43,119 nucleotides of DNA from an uncultured Clostridia bacterium (GTDB lineage: Bacteria > Bacillota > Clostridia > Christensenellales > Borkfalkiaceae): positions 1-43,119 of the forward strand of contig CANRIY010000001.1 of assembly GCA_947630775.1 (NCBI GenBank). The letters are read 5' to 3'. The position numbers and the translations under genes are program-made. The notes beneath the pieces were generated by a model. It searched no databases. It had not been told where the DNA came from and worked only from the letters and a program-made list of their open reading frames with translations. Positions 40,281-43,119 of this stretch are shown here, in pieces (the stretch's first letter is position 1; the number at the start of each line of letters is the position of its first letter).

Positions 40281-41753
40281 ATGCTGGATAAATTTTACGC
40301 ACAACTCTCCGAGACATCGACGGTGCCCGTCGTCATCATCTCGATCGCGATCATGCTTCTTGCGGGCTTTTTGGGAACGCGCATCACAAAGCGGCTGAAA
40401 CTGCCGAATGTGACCGCCTATATCCTCGTGGGCATTTTGCTGGGGCCGTACTGTCTCGACCTCGTCCCCGAATACGTTTCGGAGGGCATGGACTTCATTT
40501 CGGACATCGCGCTCGCCTTCATCGCCTTCAGCGTGGGGGAATATTTCCGCTTCTCCACCCTGAAAAAGAACGGTTCGAAAGTGGTAGTCATCACCCTGTT
40601 CGAAGCGCTCGCCGCATCCGTCCTCGTCTTTATCCTGTGTTTCTTTATTCTTCGGCTGGGAATGGCGTTTTCCATCATTCTGGCGGCGCTCGCCTCGGCG
40701 ACCGCGCCCGCTTCCACGCTCATGACCATCCGCCAGACAAAGGCGCACGGCGATTTTGTGGATACCCTCTTTTCGGTCGTTGCGCTCGACGACGTCGTAG
40801 GACTGCTCGCTTACAGCGTCGCGGTCTCCATCGCGCTTGCGACGCTCGGGAACGGGTTCTCGGCGGGAGATGTGCTCTTCCCCATTCTCTGGAACGTCAT
40901 GCTCGTCGCCATCGGGGTCATCTTCGGGTTCCTTCTGAAATTCCTCATGGCGAAGCGCTCCACCGACAACCGTCTCATCGTCTCCATCGCGTTTCTGTTT
41001 GCCATCTGCGGCATCGGCGCGGCGGTGGATGTCTCCCCCCTCCTCGGCTGTATGGCGATGGGCACCGTCTACATCAACCTCTCGGGCGACGATAAGCTGT
41101 TCAAACAGCTCAATTATTTCAGTCCCCCCATTTTGCTCCTGTTCTTTGTGAAGTCGGGCGTCGGGTTCAATCTCGGCTCTCTTTGGGGCGGCGGAAGCCT
41201 CGGGAGCGTCCCTCTCATCGTCATCGGCATCCTGTACTTTGTTGTGCGGCTCGTCGGGAAGTACGTCGGCGCGTTCGCCGGCTGTGCTATTACGAAGAAA
41301 GACAAGCGGGTGCGGAACTACCTCGGCATGGCGCTCGCCCCGCAGGCGGGGGTCGCCATCGGGCTTGCGGCGCTCGGCGCACGTGTTTTAGGCGGCGAAA
41401 CGGGCGATATGCTCCTTACGATCGTCCTCTCCTCGAGCATCCTGTACGAACTGGTCGGCCCCGCGCTCGCAAAACTGTCGCTCTACCTTTCCTGTTCCTA
41501 CGGGGAACGCGCCGAAGCGCTCGAAGCGGCGGGAGAGGCCGCCTCTCCGCCCAAACCTCCCACCCGCGAAGAGGAAGTGGAGCTTTTGAAAGAGCGGCTG
41601 CAACTCATCCAGAAGGAAATCTCCGTCAAAGAATACGCCCGATCTCCCGAGGAAGAGGCATTTATGGAAGCAACGGAGCCCTCTCCGCCGAGCGACGAAG
41701 AGATCTCGACGGGCTCCGAATACAACAGACGGAAATTTATCAATAAGAGGTAA
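40281..41753 (+). CDS. Cation:proton antiporter (Na+/H+ exchanger family, CPA-type) with a cytoplasmic tail of about 90 aa
   Basis: About 11-12 TM segments are visible. The N-terminal block reads LPNVTAYILVGILLGPYCLDL...SDIALAFIAFSVGEYF, and ATAPASTLMTIRQ is also present. The acidic/Pro-rich C-terminal tail is EEVELLKERLQLIQKE.... Confidence 0.85.
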   Translation: MLDKFYAQLSETSTVPVVIISIAIMLLAGFLGTRITKRLKLPNVTAYILVGILLGPYCLDLVPEYVSEGMDFISDIALAFIAFSVGEYFRFSTLKKNGSKVVVITLFEALAASVLVFILCFFILRLGMAFSIILAALASATAPASTLMTIRQTKAHGDFVDTLFSVVALDDVVGLLAYSVAVSIALATLGNGFSAGDVLFPILWNVMLVAIGVIFGFLLKFLMAKRSTDNRLIVSIAFLFAICGIGAAVDVSPLLGCMAMGTVYINLSGDDKLFKQLNYFSPPILLLFFVKSGVGFNLGSLWGGGSLGSVPLIVIGILYFVVRLVGKYVGAFAGCAITKKDKRVRNYLGMALAPQAGVAIGLAALGARVLGGETGDMLLTIVLSSSILYELVGPALAKLSLYLSCSYGERAEALEAAGEAASPPKPPTREEEVELLKERLQLIQKEISVKEYARSPEEEAFMEATEPSPPSDEEISTGSEYNRRKFINKR

Positions 41754-41756
41754 GGT

Positions 41757-42473
41757 ATGCCTACAGATTATATCGTAAAATGGCTCGGTAACTGGTCGGG
41801 CGAAGTGAATATCGCGTCAACGGCGCTGAAAACGGCGGTCGTCATCATTATGGCTGTCGTCTTGGGATGCGAACGCTCCCGCAACCGCCATGCCGCGGGC
41901 CTCCGTACGTTCATCGTGCTCTCCATCGGCTCCATGTTTGCGGGGGTCGCCGATCTCTACTTCATCCAAACATACAGCACGGGGTTCCCCTTCATGTCCG
42001 CCGCCGTGCTCATCGGGATCTCGATCATCACGGCGAATACGATCATCTATTCCTCGAAGAACCAGATCATGGGGCTCACGACTTCTTTCGGGGTGTGGAC
42101 GATGTCCATCGTCTCGGCGATCCTCGGGTTTGGGCTCTATACCGCCGCCCTCATCGGCTTCGCGGCACTCATGATCGGGCTTTTGGGATTCTCCAGACTC
42201 GAATACTACATCAAGGCGAAATCCGACCACTTCGAGATCCATCTCGAACTCAAATCGAGGAGCAGCTTGCAGGAGTTTATCACGGCGGCGCGGGAATTCG
42301 GGCTGAAGATCGACAATATCGAAGTAAATCCCGCCTATGCCAACTCGGGATTGAGCGTGTATACCGTGCGGTTCACCGTCGTCGATAAGGCGCTCGGCAA
42401 AAAGAGCCACAGCGACATCATCGAAGCGCTCTCTGTGCTCGATTGCGTATATTATGTGGAAAAGATCGGCTGA
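41757..42473 (+). CDS. mgtC: MgtC/SapB family membrane protein
   Basis: It contains LGCERSRNRHAAGLRTFIVLSIG (the family G.ER......AG.RT motif), 4-5 TM segments and a soluble ACT-like C-terminal half. The start lies 3 nt after the antiporter stop. Confidence 0.85.
   Translation: MPTDYIVKWLGNWSGEVNIASTALKTAVVIIMAVVLGCERSRNRHAAGLRTFIVLSIGSMFAGVADLYFIQTYSTGFPFMSAAVLIGISIITANTIIYSSKNQIMGLTTSFGVWTMSIVSAILGFGLYTAALIGFAALMIGLLGFSRLEYYIKAKSDHFEIHLELKSRSSLQEFITAAREFGLKIDNIEVNPAYANSGLSVYTVRFTVVDKALGKKSHSDIIEALSVLDCVYYVEKIG

Positions 42474-43119
<646 letters not shown>

Noticed and set aside
37443-40398. Plus-strand ORFs 37443..39926 (827 aa) and 39226..40398 (390 aa) lie over the P-type ATPase gene and the divergent promoter region.
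   Set aside because: The first is the codon-aligned shadow of the ATPase. The second is S/T/A/R-rich low-complexity sequence that crosses the promoter region and the ATPase start. The ATPase frame carries all the canonical P-type motifs.

Overview
This is a 43.1-kb, visibly GC-rich segment (my estimate by eye is high-50s % GC, not computed). It has monoderm/Firmicutes-style signals: AGGAGG-type RBSs, sigma-A promoters, hairpin+U terminators and lipobox signal peptides. I can support 18 protein-coding genes. Two are cut by the window edges, and one of those is missing from the supplied ORF track. I recognised no rRNA, tRNA, CRISPR array, transposase, integrase or phage module.

The main feature is a train of 12 co-directional minus-strand genes spanning about 34 kb (36411 down to 2496). 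It sits behind a near-consensus promoter (TTGACG-17-TATAAT, 36499-36527) and ends at a bidirectional terminator (2430-2468). In transcription order it encodes:
- an InlB-B-repeat lipoprotein;
- a complete Opp/Dpp-type ABC importer: an oversized 880-aa OppA-like lipoprotein, then OppB, OppC, OppD and OppF;
- a small tail-anchored membrane ORF that overlaps the OppF tail out of frame;
- a 2,593-aa lipobox-bearing S8 subtilase with a PA insert, fused to two Big_2 domains, about 860 aa of BspA-type LRRs and a C-terminal TM anchor;
- two paralogous lipoproteins of about 800 aa;
- a 1,274-aa Ig-repeat lipoprotein;
- a 2,702-aa modular lipoprotein.

I read this as a candidate, apparently uncharacterised, cell-surface protein-capture, proteolysis and peptide-import locus, analogous to a Gram-positive 'protein utilisation locus'. 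That reading is inference from gene content and order.

Left of the train are a 0.5-kb cluster of nested GC-rich palindromic (REP-like) repeats, a perfect-consensus promoter, and a 3'-truncated beta-helix lipoprotein gene. Right of it are a Ca2+-type P-type ATPase translationally coupled to a 6-TM protein, a divergent cation:proton antiporter-MgtC operon, and a 5'-truncated collagen-like (G-P-T/G-E-T) gene. Nearly all the long opposite-strand ORFs in the track are codon-aligned antisense shadows, not genes.
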